DNA of 64,000 nucleotides from Utricularia gibba (Eukaryota > Plantae > Magnoliophyta): assembly GCA_002189035.1 (NCBI GenBank), contig NEEC01000004.1:1674001-1738000 (forward strand), read 5' to 3'. Below are positions 12,783 to 31,872 of the stretch, piece after piece (positions within the stretch are counted from its first letter, which is position 1; each line of letters opens with the position of its first letter). Under the pieces are notes generated by a model. It had not been told where the DNA came from. It worked only from the letters and a program-made list of their open reading frames with translations, and ran no database searches. The position numbers were made by a program, and so were the translations under genes.

Positions 12783-15700
12783 TCAGAAGCTTCCGGCCCA
12801 ATTTAAATGACTCAATTGTGCCTGCTGATAGGTGACTCCCTGTGCAGCTGGACCAGGTAAAGCTACTCCAACATTAGCAGCCACTGTGGGGCCGAGATGA
12901 GGATTTGGGATGGGGGTCGGTTGCGGAGCATGATGGTACATTGCTGAGGGGAACTGCATATGAGAAGACTGTGCTACCGCAGCGGCGGCATTGAAGGAAG
13001 CGTGGCTAGCATGTGGTGTTAGATAGGCTGCTGGGTGGGATGTCTGTCCGGCCATGCTGTAGTACGAGGCCGATTGCAGGCCTTGAAGATCCCTAGGATT
13101 CATCCAAATTTCAGCTGGCTCAGGCTGCAAATTTGCAGACTAAGAAACGTTAGATAATCAGGTGCATTCAGAGATGTATTGTGCATGTTTCTTTAGAGCA
13201 GATATCCACTGAAATTATGATTCAAACTTCAAAAACAAGAGGTCCTTGGAGGAATTTTTTACCTGAGGGTTAGTAACATATAAACCATCCTTGTACTTGA
13301 TTCGAGATGAATCATCATGGCCTGCTGCACTTCCAACAACCCCATTTGTACTGATAGCATACCCAGTAGGATTAGTGAAATTTCCAAACCCATTCATGTT
13401 GGCTGTGGGCACAGGCTTAAACTGTTGTCCACCATACTTGACCGCACCATTTGGATTTACATGAGAATTATTGCCAGGCATGAGCACAAAACTGTTTCCG
13501 TTTGATGGATGATGATAGGCAGGAGTATTGGAGTAACCAGGGACAGGCATTGGGGGGACATAAATTGGAGATAGAAATTGACGGTATGGCATAAGATTGC
13601 TGAAATGAGAAACATGAAGCTGGGGATACACCTGGGCCAGTTGTTGTTGCTGCTGTACCATGGCAACTGAGGGTGCAGGAATAGCATTAGCAGCATGGGA
13701 ACTCAGAACCTGTCAGCAACATGGTACTTCCTCAATACTCTTAAACGAAAACAACAAAAGCTCAATGAAATACAACACAGTTTGGGTTACATACATAGCC
13801 CCACACGGGCATTAAGATCGCAGGCCTGCCTATAGGGTCGAAAAAAATTTCTCACCTCTTGTGAGGACGGCATTACAGGTACTCTAAGCGTGTCATCAAT
13901 GGCAGGATGGAAATAAGACTCATATTCTCTTTGTGGATCGTAAACCTGAATAGAGTAATATAACAAAAACATAAAATCGCAAAATCTTTTAAGAATGCAA
14001 AGCATAATTACCAGTTTCTCGCTTACTGGGAAGTTGGGTAACTCATTCTCTTCATGGCGTAGTGGTTGTGGTGTATAGGAAGGGCTAGTAGTTTGTACCA
14101 GGCCAACATCCCCATAACTTTCTAGATCCTGGGAGTTCGATGATTCATTTTTTCCAACAGGATGACTGCCAGACAGAACAGTTGAATCAGGAGAACTGGA
14201 TTCAGAAAACTTGGTAGCTTCATCGGTTGAGTTCAACTGTTTACTGAAAGTAGGCCCTGCCACAGAAGACTCCTCCTGTCCTACGTCTGGGGTTCTATCA
14301 AAGAATTGTCATTATCAATATGCAGGATACAAACCAACAATCTAATCGTCTGAATTATCAAAGAACCAACAAAAGGTGTCAGCAAAATAATTCTAGTGAG
14401 GTTGCCAATAAATTGAATATACCAATATGCATACGTAATATGGCTGATGAAAGAGTATGCTGTACGTAACACCAACCTTTCGGATGGTTCAATTGCAGGG
14501 CATCATCACTAGCTGCCGAGCCTGAATTGCCAGAATCTGATGTAGCACCCATACTGCCAAACACCAGCCGGCAGCGATCAATCTCCGACACTCGTATGTG
14601 GGGAGCTATAATCACATTTTGAGTTTCAGAAATCGCCAAGTTTGAAATATTATCTTGAAGCTCAGCAGTGTCCTTTTTGAATTCTTCAGTATTCTTCCCA
14701 GGAGAAGGAACTTTTAGAGGAGCATTGGCACTGGGTTTAAGACTTGATTTTGGCTTCCACTCCATATTAGGCTGGGTAGCTACAACATGACAGTTTGATT
14801 AGGTTCCAATCCACAGGCAAGTAAAGAACCAATGCAGCCAATGGGTGCAATGCCGTACTTTGCAAGAAAATCAGCAGTATGTGATGCTAAAATTTCAGTA
14901 AAACTGAGAAGCTATCCATTCTATAACAATACAAACTTGACCCCTAATCCTATCTGCAGCAAACATAGTAATTTAATATTTGTACCTCTTTGATATCCAG
15001 ATGGTTGATGAGCCCTGCTGCTGTAATGATTATTTAATGGCTTAATGGCAGAAGCGCCAGATAAACCAGATTCAGATATTACATTTTTACTCGAACCCTC
15101 ACCAATACAGCTAACATTTACTGGTCTTGCTGGATCTCGGAAGTGACCATCTTGTGCTAGTTGTGCATTTGATGAAAGGTTGCCTTGAGGTTGCTTAGCA
15201 GCATTACCATCCAACTGACGACTCGGCCCTACAACTCCAATATCCCTTCTAATGGCACCAACATTTGATGCTGGTCTAGATTTATGAGATGGAACATGAA
15301 TGGGATCAGATGAGGATGAATAAAGACCCAAAATAGAGGCACCTGACGAATAGGTAGAATGTTGTTGGGAATCATTAGCCTTTGTTTGAGCTTCGGAGCC
15401 AGCATTCAGTATGGCAGCGTTCTTCTCATGAAGCATTTCCTTCCCTTCAGTAATGGTCACTTTTTGTGAGTCAGAGCTGCTTAATAAAAAAAAAAGAATG
15501 TTGATTAAACGGATACTTTTTCCAGAAGCCTTGAGACAAATGGCAGTACGAGCAAACTTAAGATGACTGATCCGGAAGGATCTCAAAACACAAGGAAGAA
15601 AACCATCCCAAGGGAAAAGGATTGCCAACTTAATAGACGAATAAAATCTGCTGCAGCCAAGCTTTTGGGAAGGGTCTCTTTTCCGTCAGTGTAGATTGAA

Positions 15701-17270
15701 TGAGAAAATGATCTCTTTTCCGTTATTGTAGATTAAGTGACAAAAGTATTAGTATTCTTGAGAGTATAAATTTCTACTCTTGAAAATGAAAAGCAGAAGT
15801 TAAAAGTTTTTTAGAACACACATTTTATAAGTTTATGATACAGCTCCCCTTTCACTATAGGAATGGAAAACTGCAATAATATTGGTGGATACTCCATTTA
15901 AAAGCAACGTGATACCAAAGATGCCAGTCTCCTAACCATACAATTTTCGTAGTGGAAAAATAAAATTAAATACTAGACAAACTAATGAAAAACTTATACC
16001 TCTTTGCATGCATAACAGACGTAACATGTTCATTTTTTGAAACTGAGCTTTGAACAGGCTTCGAATTTGTTGTGGCATTATGATTCACCCGATTATCTCG
16101 AACTACACGGAATGTTTGGCTGGCTCCTACATTTGCTAGACGAAAAAAACACCCAACCAATGAGAATTATCACTTAAACCTTTCAGAAAAATTATCAAAC
16201 AAACGGAAATACAACTTGTTCGCTCTCTAAATGATTTAAGGCTAATTAATTTAAACTATATCACCACACCTGGTAAAGCATTTCGACTATGCACACCACT
16301 TCGGGAATTATGATCAGGATAAGCAGAGTGCTTCAATGGAATATTTGCAATCTCAGGGTTTTTCCGGATATCTGCAGTGACTACACCTTTGCTGCCTGAA
16401 TTCTGTAGGATATGGCACAATACTAATTAGTTCGCATAAGGATAATATATGCAATACTACTAGCCACACATACCAATTAAAGGTTCAATTCTAATAAATA
16501 CGCAGCCTAAAAAAAAGAGAGGGGAAAAATTATTTACCTCTTTTTTTCTGTCCCTTTTTCTCTTAACCTCATGAAAGGGATCTGTGGGATAGATAAAAAC
16601 TGACAGATTGAGCTTGTGCACACATTATTATACCAAAGTATGAAGACTAAATTTTCATAGGGAATCACGTTAAAGACAAGGAAAATCAGAAGAACTTGGG
16701 AGATTAAATTTTCATGGGGTAAATAAAGGAAAAACGCTTGTTAATTTAGATACCATTTGGTGGAACTTCTCAGATGGTGTCAACATATCCTTTACAAAAT
16801 CACCTGCTAAAATATTACGCAAATGGAAAACAGGGAAGGAACCTATATAATTTCAAACTTTAAACTTATCTCCACTCCCATATCTTAAGGCATACCAGTG
16901 ATACAAAAAGGCCGCCTTATCCCAATGTAAAATCACGAATTGGTAATGAAATACCGGTCATGCTTCCATCAAAAAATAAAACCTTGAGAAGCACCCCACC
17001 CCCCTAGTCGCACCAAAGCAAATTTGTAGCTTTGAAAAAAAAAACAATCTGACCTGAAAACAACAGCATTTTTCAAAAAAAAAAAAAAACCGCACCTTGA
17101 AAGAGCAATTTTTGTGTGGTTTCATTGGGATCCATGTCGGCCTCCTTAAGCGCTACATATATATCAGCATCAGAGTGACTCCCCACAATTTCTTTAATCG
17201 ATTGAATAGTGCTCCGAACACTTGCAGATATAACTTGCGGTCCACCCTCAACTTTGGAAACCGATACCAT
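12783..17270 (-). CDS. GIP1: GBF-interacting protein 1-like (DUF1296)
   Basis: N-terminus VRSTIQSIKEIVGSHSDADIYVALKEADMDPNETTQKLLFQ/DPFHEVKRKRDRKKE, then MEWKPK, a Pro/Gln-rich C-terminal half with YRQFLSPIYVPP, and end LSHLNWAGSF*. Multi-exon. Confidence 0.9.
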
Positions 17271-18527
17271 CCCAAATCAACGAAAAAAGCACATAAACAA
17301 AACACAAGATAAACCTAAAAGATCACACTTTTGTTCTTGAGGGTTGCTTCTCAGAGCAAATTGTAGGTTTTTGAAAAGAAAACGGCTGATGGACAACGCC
17401 AGAGAGGGTTTTGATATCACATGTAGGTTTTCCCAACGCGGAGAATTGGGGGCAAATTTTTGATTACGAACATTCAATGTTTTGGCAGTATCGTGCCGGT
17501 GGCGTTCATTCCCGACTGCAGTAAATTACGTTAACGCCCTCCAGTTTAATTATTTTACATAAAAGCATTTAGATTTAATTTATTTGTATTTAGACAAAAG
17601 TAATTTAAATAGATTAATTTTTTGTAAGAAATTTAATTAATGTATAAAAAATGAAATTAATTAAAAATATTGTAGATTCATATAAACCCATCTTTATGAA
17701 ATTAAACACACTAACATTTATTTGATATTCCCAAAATCACATTTTATATTTTTAAAACATCTTTTTCATAAATAATTTCTATGTCATAAATGCGTGTTTT
17801 TTTTATTCGAGTTAAATAGCATAAAAATGCTCGTAACTGTTTATTGAAGATATTTGATATGGTGGTATGTTTACTTTAGGGAAACTGATATATCAAGAAA
17901 TATATTAATAGGGATATTTGATGAGAAAAAGATATGTTTAAACATAGAAAATATTTTAAATATAATGTTTGGTTTAATAAGTAAAAAAAAGATAATAAAT
18001 ATATTAGATGATTATATAAATTAAAATAAAACATAAATAAAAAATACATATTAAATATCGATTTATTTAAATAAATTGAAAATAAAGGTTGTAGGAGTAA
18101 TAATGGTTTGAAAGAATATAAATAATTGAAAATAAAAGGAAAAAAGCATAACGATAAAATCATAATACTATATTATTAGAATAATAAAATTATGTTAATA
18201 TATTATTAAAAAATAAAATTATCTTACATCATTTAGTATATTCAAAGCTAATATCTCCCTTTTCCATTTCATTTTTCGAATTCTAAGTATTTGTAATCTC
18301 AAATTTCTACTTTCGGTTTTTTTTAAAATCCATTAATTAAATAATGAACTATAATTTTTGTAATAATCATATACCACCAAATAGTAACTAATTAACACAT
18401 CCCATTAGAATTCTCGTTTACCATAATAAATACTTTATTAAAAAAACGTTATTCCCATTTCCCACCCTTATCCATCATCCCCCGCGGTTCGTTTCAGACT
18501 CCTCGCAGTGTTCCTGCCTACTGCCCA

Positions 18528-23657
<5,130 letters not shown>

Positions 23658-24057
23658 AACAAAACGGCTGGCTTCTTTTCTTGGCAAAACTTGCACCTAT
23701 TTAATCCCGATTTTGTATTTTTAATTGTAATATTTACGTGTATTTAAAATAAACTATTTTACTAATTATTATTATTGTATTTATTTTATTTTTCCAGAAT
23801 GTCAATTTCTTTTAGAGAAATACTTTTAGATAAGTACTCAATTTCATTTGTTGTGTGTTTTGTCAAGGCAACCGGTCTCATGTCTTTTGAATGTGCGAGA
23901 AAACAAGGCAGGAAGAGTGATCAAGAGATGTCTTCGTTATCAGGCATTTCATTTGCGTGGTTTTTAGTGGATTCCTCTATTGTTTACTTCTGAATCTGCC
24001 ATCTTTCAGATGTTGAGGGGCTTGGGAGAAGTAGAATCTAAGAAAAGTTGTGGGGGG

Positions 24058-26563
24058 ATGGCAAGAAAGACGCATTATTTGAAGCCGAGGGGTCACCTTC
24101 TGTGTTTGCGTTGGCGCCTTGCGGTTTTTCTCTCGGTTATTTGCTGCTTCATGGGTTTTCTCAGAATTCGATATTATTCTAGTTTCACGGGTTTCGAAAG
24201 GCAGTTCCTTGCGCTGGATAGTAGCATTTCTGGGACTCCCAAGATCGCGTTTTTGTTTTTGATTCGAAGGAATTTGCCTCTTGATTTCTTCTGGCAAGGA
24301 TTTTTCAAGGTGGGTGAAGTTTCCGTGTTTCTGATTTGAAACAATTACCAAAATATGCTTTAAGAACTGTTGTGTGTTGATATTCATTCAATCTTTTTCC
24401 ATATTTCTAGAACGCAGATAGCGCTTATTTTTCAATATATGTACATACTGAGCCTGGTTTTGTGCTCAATGAGTCCACCACTGAAGCAACACTATTTTTT
24501 CATCGGCAGTTGAGGAACAGTGTTAAGGTAGCTTCATCTGATCAGTTTGATTCCCTTGAGATTTCCGTGAGTTTGATTTATCGCGGAGTAATTTTATTGA
24601 TTGTGAAAAGTTTGAGATATGAACAATTTCATCATATATTTTCATAGAATTCTCCCATGCTTGTGTTGGAGCATTGAAAAAGGTGAAAAATGCAGCGACT
24701 TTAAGTTCAATGAATTGATGATACAGATGATATTTAGGTGGCCTGGGGTGAGCCAAGTATGATTCAAGCTGAGAGGTTACTATTTCAAGAAGCGCTTAAG
24801 GATCCTGCGAATCAAAGATTTGTTCTTTTGTCAGACAGGTTGGTTTTCTATTTATGTTACGAATGTTTCAATGAACAGAAATGGGAATCAGTACCTTTTT
24901 TCTTTTGCACCGGTCAATACTGATATGGGCTTTGGCATATATGACTAATGCAACTTCTTGCGTTGCAACCAAGACAGTAATCAGTTTTCTGTCTTTGATG
25001 AAGGAGAATCACGATGCTGTCGAAATCTTTCAGTATTTACTAGGGATAAAGATTAATTACTGGGAAGTTAATTCAAGGAAAACCATGTTCTGCATTGTGA
25101 ATGAAATGTGTTGTGAATTTCATGCTCGACTTGTAGAATGTCAGTAGCTCATCACGGGTCTGCGATTTCTAGAATGTGTGAAATGAATAGTCTTTTGGTG
25201 CACCACGAATGTGCCTTTAACTTTTTGAATACAAAGCTTTCCTAGTATCATATTTCATCTCCGTATGTCTGTTTAATACAATTTCTTTCCTCCTCTATGA
25301 TCCATATTCTTTTCTGTCAGTGCGGCTTCATCTCTGTTTCATCTGATCTTACCAGCTGTATCCCTATCTACAACTTCAGTTATATATATAACTACCTTAT
25401 GAGGTCTCCTAGAAGCTTTGTGGACAGGTAAATATGATACTTCTTTTGTACTTTATGCTATGCATCGCTGTTATTTTATGTTTGCTCTGATCTCTTCTTG
25501 CTGTACGTAGCTTTCTTGATACGAGAGACAATCAGTACAACCCAATGATGGCACAAGTTATCACTAAGGAGAAGTGGCGAAAAGGATCACAGGTTAAGTT
25601 TTGCCTATCATGATCGTATTTTCTTGTTTCCCCTGAATACATTCCTTGTTATCTGACCCCTTGTTTGTTGCTTCTCTTTCAGTGGATCACATTAATTCGT
25701 AAGCATGCAGAAGTTGTTGTTGTAGACAATGTCATTTTTCCAGTCTTTAGGAAGTTCTGCAAGGTAGACAATTTTGTGCCACTGTATTTCCTGCCAGGAT
25801 AGCACATTCTATCAACTAAAGTCTCTTGTCTGCGGCTCTCTATAGACATAAATCTTATTATGCTGTACTTTACAGAGGCGCCCACCTGTTGATTCTAGTA
25901 TGGAGAGGAAGAATCTTGTATGTTCCCTTTGCCCTCTTGAAGTATTGTAGAAGTGGTTCAAGTTTGTGCTCCAAATTTTTACAGCCACGTTGCCTTCAGT
26001 GTTTTCTTCTTCACACTTATACCTGATTATCAAGCCCTGTGTGCTGATTGCAGATACAGCAGAAGCAGCACAACTGTATACCAGATGAACACTATGTTTC
26101 TACTTTGTTTGCTGTAAGCAAAACATTCTTGACATGGGAACGGCAAGTTGGTTGCTACTTCCATCATCATTTGCCATTCTTTTTTTTTTCTGACAGATGA
26201 ATGGCCTGGAAATGGAGCTCGAAAGAAGAACGCTAACCTACAGTATGTGGAATCAATCAACGTCAAAAACAGAGACTGAAACTTGGCATCCCTTCACATT
26301 CAGCTTCACTGATTCCAGTCCTCAAGTGATAAATCAAATAAGGGTCTGAATGCATCTCATACCCCTTCCACCAATCAGTTGCTTCTGGCGTCTCACCCAT
26401 TTCATATGACTTCGTTCTGCAGGACATCGAGCGTGTGGATTATGAAACTGAACTCAGAACTGAGGTGTGCAAGAACAATGCTACTCTTGCTCCATGTTTC
26501 TTGTTTGCTCGGAAGTTCTCTCGAGGAGCAGCCATCCGCCTTATGAGTCATGTATTGCTCTGA
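24058..26563 (+). CDS. Core-2/I-branching GlcNAc-transferase family protein (DUF266, BC10-like)
   Basis: N-terminal TM anchor, PKIAFLFL..LPLD, VAWGEPSMIQAERLL, NQRFVLLSDSCIPIYNF, KWRKGSQWITLIRKHAE, HNCIPDEHY and PCFLFARKFSRGAA. An alternative upstream ATG is at 24010. Confidence 0.92.
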
Positions 26564-27007
26564 AACGTTCGTGAAGCCCATTTTTCCAAGGTTTTGAGCT
26601 CTGCCCTGCACATAACTCGCAGAGTGATTTTTCTTTGGGGTGCTGATGGCACTGTTTGGAGAACTTTGCATGATGAATGTAGTATTGTGACGCACTACAT
26701 ATTTATGGAGATTATGAAAAAATGCCTTTGAACTTACTTTATGTAGCTACATGGTGAAACTCTGTGCATTTTCTTTCCAATGACTGGTTTTGTTAAGAAA
26801 GCAAACTGCAGGTTTGCCATTTCTGAAGATTATGATATACCAAGAGAGTGAATTGTACACAGCAGATAATAATACAGGAGGCGTGGGAGCGAAAGAGTAG
26901 ATGAGCAAAGCCTCTATACTATACAGCAGATGACTGATTCCCCCTCGCACAAAACCAAAGCGGGAAAGAGTAGTAGCGCAGCAGCTTCATCCATGGAATT
27001 GGGGGCT

Positions 27008-29553
27008 CTACACCGGAATCGCATCTCCATCTTGACTCTCGTTGCACATCAAAATGAGGCCTTCGATGTACGATGGGAGGAGGCAGAATGGCCAGCCACA
27101 CCCTGTTGACACAGCCTCCGGTGGGAAACTATCATGAGCATATTTTCTTGTCGTCGAACCACTCCCATCACACTCACTGTGCTTCCTTCCTTGATGCAAC
27201 TGCCATGAAAATCAAACACCCAAAAACAAAAGTCACTACCTTGTTCTCTTGTTGCAAAAGTTGCATGTTCAAGCTTTTACTTCAGTTCCCAGGATGAGCT
27301 CCTTTGAAGTTAGCGGAAGGAAAGGCTATTTCACAAACTCACCCTTCTTTTAACCGCATGACGGTATTGTCACTTGAAAAACCTCGTTCTGTGAGCCATT
27401 GCAGGAAGTTAGGCGATGACTGCGTCTTGTCTTTGTTAACATCAACAACCACTGTTGGTGTAACAAAAGCTGCAACCTTGGCGCCATAACCAGCTTTTAC
27501 AAGTGCTCTTAAACCAGACTGAAAGTCTGATATATAAAAATCTGCTACGAACCTCTGTTCACAACAAATAGTCACCGAAGCAAACAATCATTGATAGAAG
27601 CTTAGAGCATTTTCAAAGGAGAATCAATGCAACTCGAATTGGAGATGTCCGGCTTCAACTTAGAACATAATGTAAACTGGTTTTGTAACCTCAAGTATGA
27701 CAAAAGCTCAATCCACTAGTTGTATAACTAACAATACTCACAAGATTATCCATGTTCAAAAAAAAAAAGCAACCATATCTATAAACTGACCTCTGAATGC
27801 AAGCATTCCCAAGAGAAGAAATGGCGCTTAGAATTTGCGGATCTTCTTCCATAGTTCCTGTACTCGTGCAATTCCGAAGAAGCATAAACACACCTTGGTA
27901 TCTTCTGATAAGAAGTTTCAAGAGGTATGCTCCCACAGGTGACAACCTGCACAGCAACGCTTACATGATGAATAGGAATAATCCTGGATGACAAGAACTT
28001 GAAAATTAGTACAAGTACACAGCTGCAACACTGTCGTAGGACAATGGCAGTATGTTTAATCAAAAGATCAAAAAAAACACCGTTTTTAAGGTTTCTGACG
28101 GCATAAATCCAGCTTTTATCCAAATTTAGAAATGACTTGAAAATGGCAGCCGGACGTTGGGTAGTCGGTTTCTTTTCCCTCCACCAGGAAGCATCAAATT
28201 GGAATAATTCAGAAAACTTCCATATAAGCTACTTAAAAATATAGCATAGTAGCTAAAAGAAACGATCTCTTCAGATATCCACAATTAATTTGATCCTGGA
28301 TTCCGAAGAGGCCACAAGCTATAAAAGTCCTAAGACTTACCACGCTACAAAAGTCTTAAGACTTAACTACAACCCAGTACAGTCTCCAACTAATGATTCA
28401 CATTCACCAATGCTCAACCAAAACCTCTTACTAGCAGTCAACCAAGACGATCTCGCTCTGAATGTTGAAGAAATAAATGAACGTACTAAAAATACCACCA
28501 GTCAATGTGGTCCCATGAAGCAGAGAAAGCAGGGACTTGATAGAGTTTTTATGGCACTTCAGCCTACTTTCCTCTTATAAAAAATCCAATCAAAAACCAA
28601 ACACTAATAGAGTTTCCAATCCATACCCAACTGTTCCTAGCATCTGCCAGTACAGTAAAGAGACTGCAGCAAAGGTAAAACCCAAAAACTCAGAAGAAAA
28701 ATCTATGATTTGTTTACAAAAAAAATCTCTATATCTTCGTGTATATTATACTAAAAGTTTATTTTGATGAAGTAACATGTGCATTGAACAAGACGAATCA
28801 TGATTACCCCGGTGACCTTCACGTACTGGCCATCTACAGCACCCCTCAGCTCAGCATTTGCATACCTTTCTAAGAACCAGGAAACGCCCTTTTTCCTATA
28901 GGCGTGATTCCATACTGAAAGCACCACAGCAACAACTAAAACAACTCCCACCACTACCAAAACGACCGATTTCTCCACTGCAGCCATGAGAAACGCCCCA
29001 ACTACGAGCCCCATAACGATCACAACCAAAAACATCCACATTGCAACCCTGGAAACCTTAAACCCAATTTTCACCTCCTCCGCTAAGCTCGTAACCGCGG
29101 ACCCATAAACGGTCTTCTTGAATGAACCCTGAGCTGGGGTCGAATCCAATTGCCCAGATTTCCGGTTCGAATTCGATGAAACTTGTGGTCCAGAAGTGAT
29201 GAGCCCAGTCGGCTGAATGGGTGTCATTGGGCCGGAGAACGAGGAAGAAGATGATTTCCTATTAAAGGAGCTGGACCCCGATCCCTTGGGACCCGAATGC
29301 GGACCGGATCTGGCAGATCCGCTGTTGTGCCTTGAAGGGAGCCTCGGAGGAGCGTAATGCTGGTTCTCGGAGGAGGAAACGTCGACACCGTACATCTTGC
29401 CGAGCTCACCGGACCTCTTGACATCGCCGCCGGTGTACGGCACGGTGCGCGGTCCCATTGTAGTTGGGCGATCCTTGGCTGGTGCTCCGGCCTACCGGAC
29501 ACCATGAGTCCATTGCTTAGCTGGTGCGAGCCGGTTCTGCTGAGAGAACTCAT
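27008..29553 (-). CDS. Uncharacterised membrane protein (ubiquitin-specific protease C19-related, At1g16860/At4g22290 type); two apparent 1-nt deletions
   Basis: SHQLSNGLMVSGRPE, VPYTGGDVKRSGELGKM, TGLITSG, two TM helices, GQYVKVTGVVTCGSIPLE, DFYISDFQSGLRALVKAG, IKEGSTVSVMGVV and end DAIPV*. Frame shifts occur at 29477-29478 and 27123-27125. Confidence 0.88.
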
Positions 29554-30380
29554 TGCGCCGGAGAAGGATTGAAGAACTTTCGGGTGTGGAGCCAGAGAAC
29601 TTTACGAATGGGGGGAGCGAGAGTGGGGATGTGGTGAGACCACACGGCCATTCCACATAAACTCACGCGCCTACCCTTGAAAAAGTAGCTCAACTTGGAT
29701 TGGATGCATATTTTCCCTCACAAAACACATGCTAAATATACTCTAATTACTCTATTTTTAGCCAGTATTTTAAAATTTTAGATTCAAGTGGAAAACTAGA
29801 TGCCATTCAATTTAGATATACTTGTATAGTAGGATATTAGTATATTTAAATATAATGTAATTGAGTATGTATATATTCAATTGTAAATAATATTTGATAT
29901 CTGAGAAAAAAACATAAGTATATGAATAATATAAATATAATTAGATTCTCTTCAATTTGTATATATCATCTACATTATCAAAAAATGAACATGTGAATGA
30001 TATAATCTTATAAGACTGATATACATATGCTAATTAATTAAATAACGATTTATGTGTAAACTTGAATATAAATCTTATATAATATAATCTCAAATATCCT
30101 TTTAAACTCATGATTTTTAATTTAATTTAATACATTTTTAAAAATTCAAATAAAGATTTATAAATATTAAAATTAGATCATTATTTCTGTTTTTCAGAAT
30201 ATTTTAATCGAACTCGATTTATGAATAAATCACAAAAGGGGATAAACGCAATTTTAAAATACTGGTTTATGTGCTGATTAATTATAATTTACTTATTTGT
30301 ATTACCCAAAAATGAGGTGGCATAATATCGTCCTTAAGCCCTGTCTCTAATTAATCCATGGAAGTAAACGTGCATATAAT

Positions 30381-30394
30381 GTGCCACGTGGCAC
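30381..30394. promoter_or_regulatory. Perfect palindromic G-box (GTGCCACGTGGCAC)
   Basis: A 14-bp perfect palindrome containing GCCACGTGGC, about 830 bp upstream of the gene starting at 29553. Confidence 0.5.
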
Positions 30395-31236
30395 GGTCCA
30401 AATTCCATGTCTTTTATGACAGTCCGTACGCCCATCCCCTTAGTCAAGAGATTGATTACCCTCCGTGATTGTCAAATGCTAAGAGAGCTGAAGCTTCTTT
30501 GTATAAAGAAAGTTGGGATTCTTCTTATTATTAAAATAATAAAAAATCCACATCCAGGAACTCTAATTCTCTCCAACTTGCTCATGACTCATCCGCCACC
30601 ACAAGATTTGATCTTTACAGATGAAAACAATGCAGGATATCAGTACGGAATGATATCTAGAAAACATCTTCGTCACCCTGTGGCCAAGCACTCGTTGGGC
30701 ATCACCTACCCAGAAGCCGCTTTTCCTATCTAAACGGCATGCTGTATGCTTCACCAACGAAATGGTTAGGTGTACGCTAACAGAAACCGCCACATCAGTC
30801 TGACTCACAGTGCCATATGAGAGGAAACAATGACACCAACATGGCCAGGGAGTTGAAGCTCAACGCAACAGAGGGCAAGCATTTGCGGATTTGATTCACA
30901 GAGCCAATAGAGAAGAAGAAGCAGTGACAGACACATGAAGCTTCATCAAATTCACCGAGGGTTGTTATATGGCAGGGGAGTTGAAACATGATAGAGAGCA
31001 AATGAACTCAAATCTGCAACGGAGATGAGCAACTGAGCTGAACAAGCCCACAGATTGCAATCAGAACAGACTTGTTTTTTTACGTGGGAGAGACAGATTC
31101 ATAGGATTTCTGCAAGCAAAAAGATGATTTTCGGTAGCTACAGACAGGAGGGATAATATAGGACAAGTATAAGCAGGGGGAAACCAATGCCACTGGTTTC
31201 ATCTTCACTTGACCCCCAAAAATTTCTACATTTTGC

Positions 31237-31872
31237 TCAACCCCAAACACTAAATATCTTTTCACTAAGGAAGCTCACAACCCTTCTTACCGATCCCTTG
31301 TCCAAGTCCTCTTCTTTCTCGTTTTCCTTTTCCTGCTCTTCCTCCTCCAAACCGCCAGAAATCTCCGAAATGGCCTCCGCCGCAACACACCTGTCGGAAA
31401 AACTAAAATCTTCAATGCTCGGATTCAGCCCAGGCTTCATTGGCTCATTCACATTTACAGCAACGACGGCCACGCTCTTCCCCCGCCTCTTCTCCTTCTT
31501 GCTCTTGTCTTTCTTTATCTCCTTGGTCAAATTCTCCTCAAAAGCATCGATAATCTCGTGTATAAGTACACGATTAGGCGACGAATCCCACTTCACCCAG
31601 TAGCTCATATAGCACCGGAAACAGTTACAGTTGAACGACGGCAGATGGTCGGAGGTACTTTTCGAGTTCGAGGCTCCGGAAGTTGGAGGCTTTCCGTGAC
31701 TGCCGCTGAAATTCGCGGAGTAGCATGCTATCAAGTAAGCTAAAACCTCCCTGTCTGCCGGCGACAAACCTGCGGCCAAAGCGAACAACGCCGCGGGCAA
31801 GAACGAGAGCAGGTGGTCGGAAACCACCGACTGCGCGGGATGAACCGTGCTTTTCCGGTAAAGCTTCTTCAT
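31237..31872 (-). CDS. Uncharacterised plant protein (At1g12020-like)
   Basis: Single-exon 211-aa ORF: MKKLYRKSTVHP, DREVLAYLI, FNCNCFRCYMSYWVKWDSSPNRVLIHEIIDAFE and end GSVRRVVSFLSEKIFSVWG. Confidence 0.88.
   Translation of the reverse strand: MKKLYRKSTVHPAQSVVSDHLLSFLPAALFALAAGLSPADREVLAYLIACYSANFSGSHGKPPTSGASNSKSTSDHLPSFNCNCFRCYMSYWVKWDSSPNRVLIHEIIDAFEENLTKEIKKDKSKKEKRRGKSVAVVAVNVNEPMKPGLNPSIEDFSFSDRCVAAEAISEISGGLEEEEQEKENEKEEDLDKGSVRRVVSFLSEKIFSVWG

Noticed and set aside
17560-18420. Very AT-rich tracts here and at about 36400-37950, 46900-47600, 50500-52300 and 59200-59950 as MITEs
   Set aside because: Some ends resemble GTTTGG/CCAAAC-type termini (for example 47164-47180 and 50740-50756), but I could not pair TIRs with target-site duplications. 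A repeat search is needed.
30407-31200. ORFs and a 17-bp imperfect direct repeat (ATGGC(C)AGGGAGTTGAA at about 30841 and 30968) downstream of the At1g12020-like gene
   Set aside because: No recognisable protein or miRNA. It is probably UTR or intergenic sequence.
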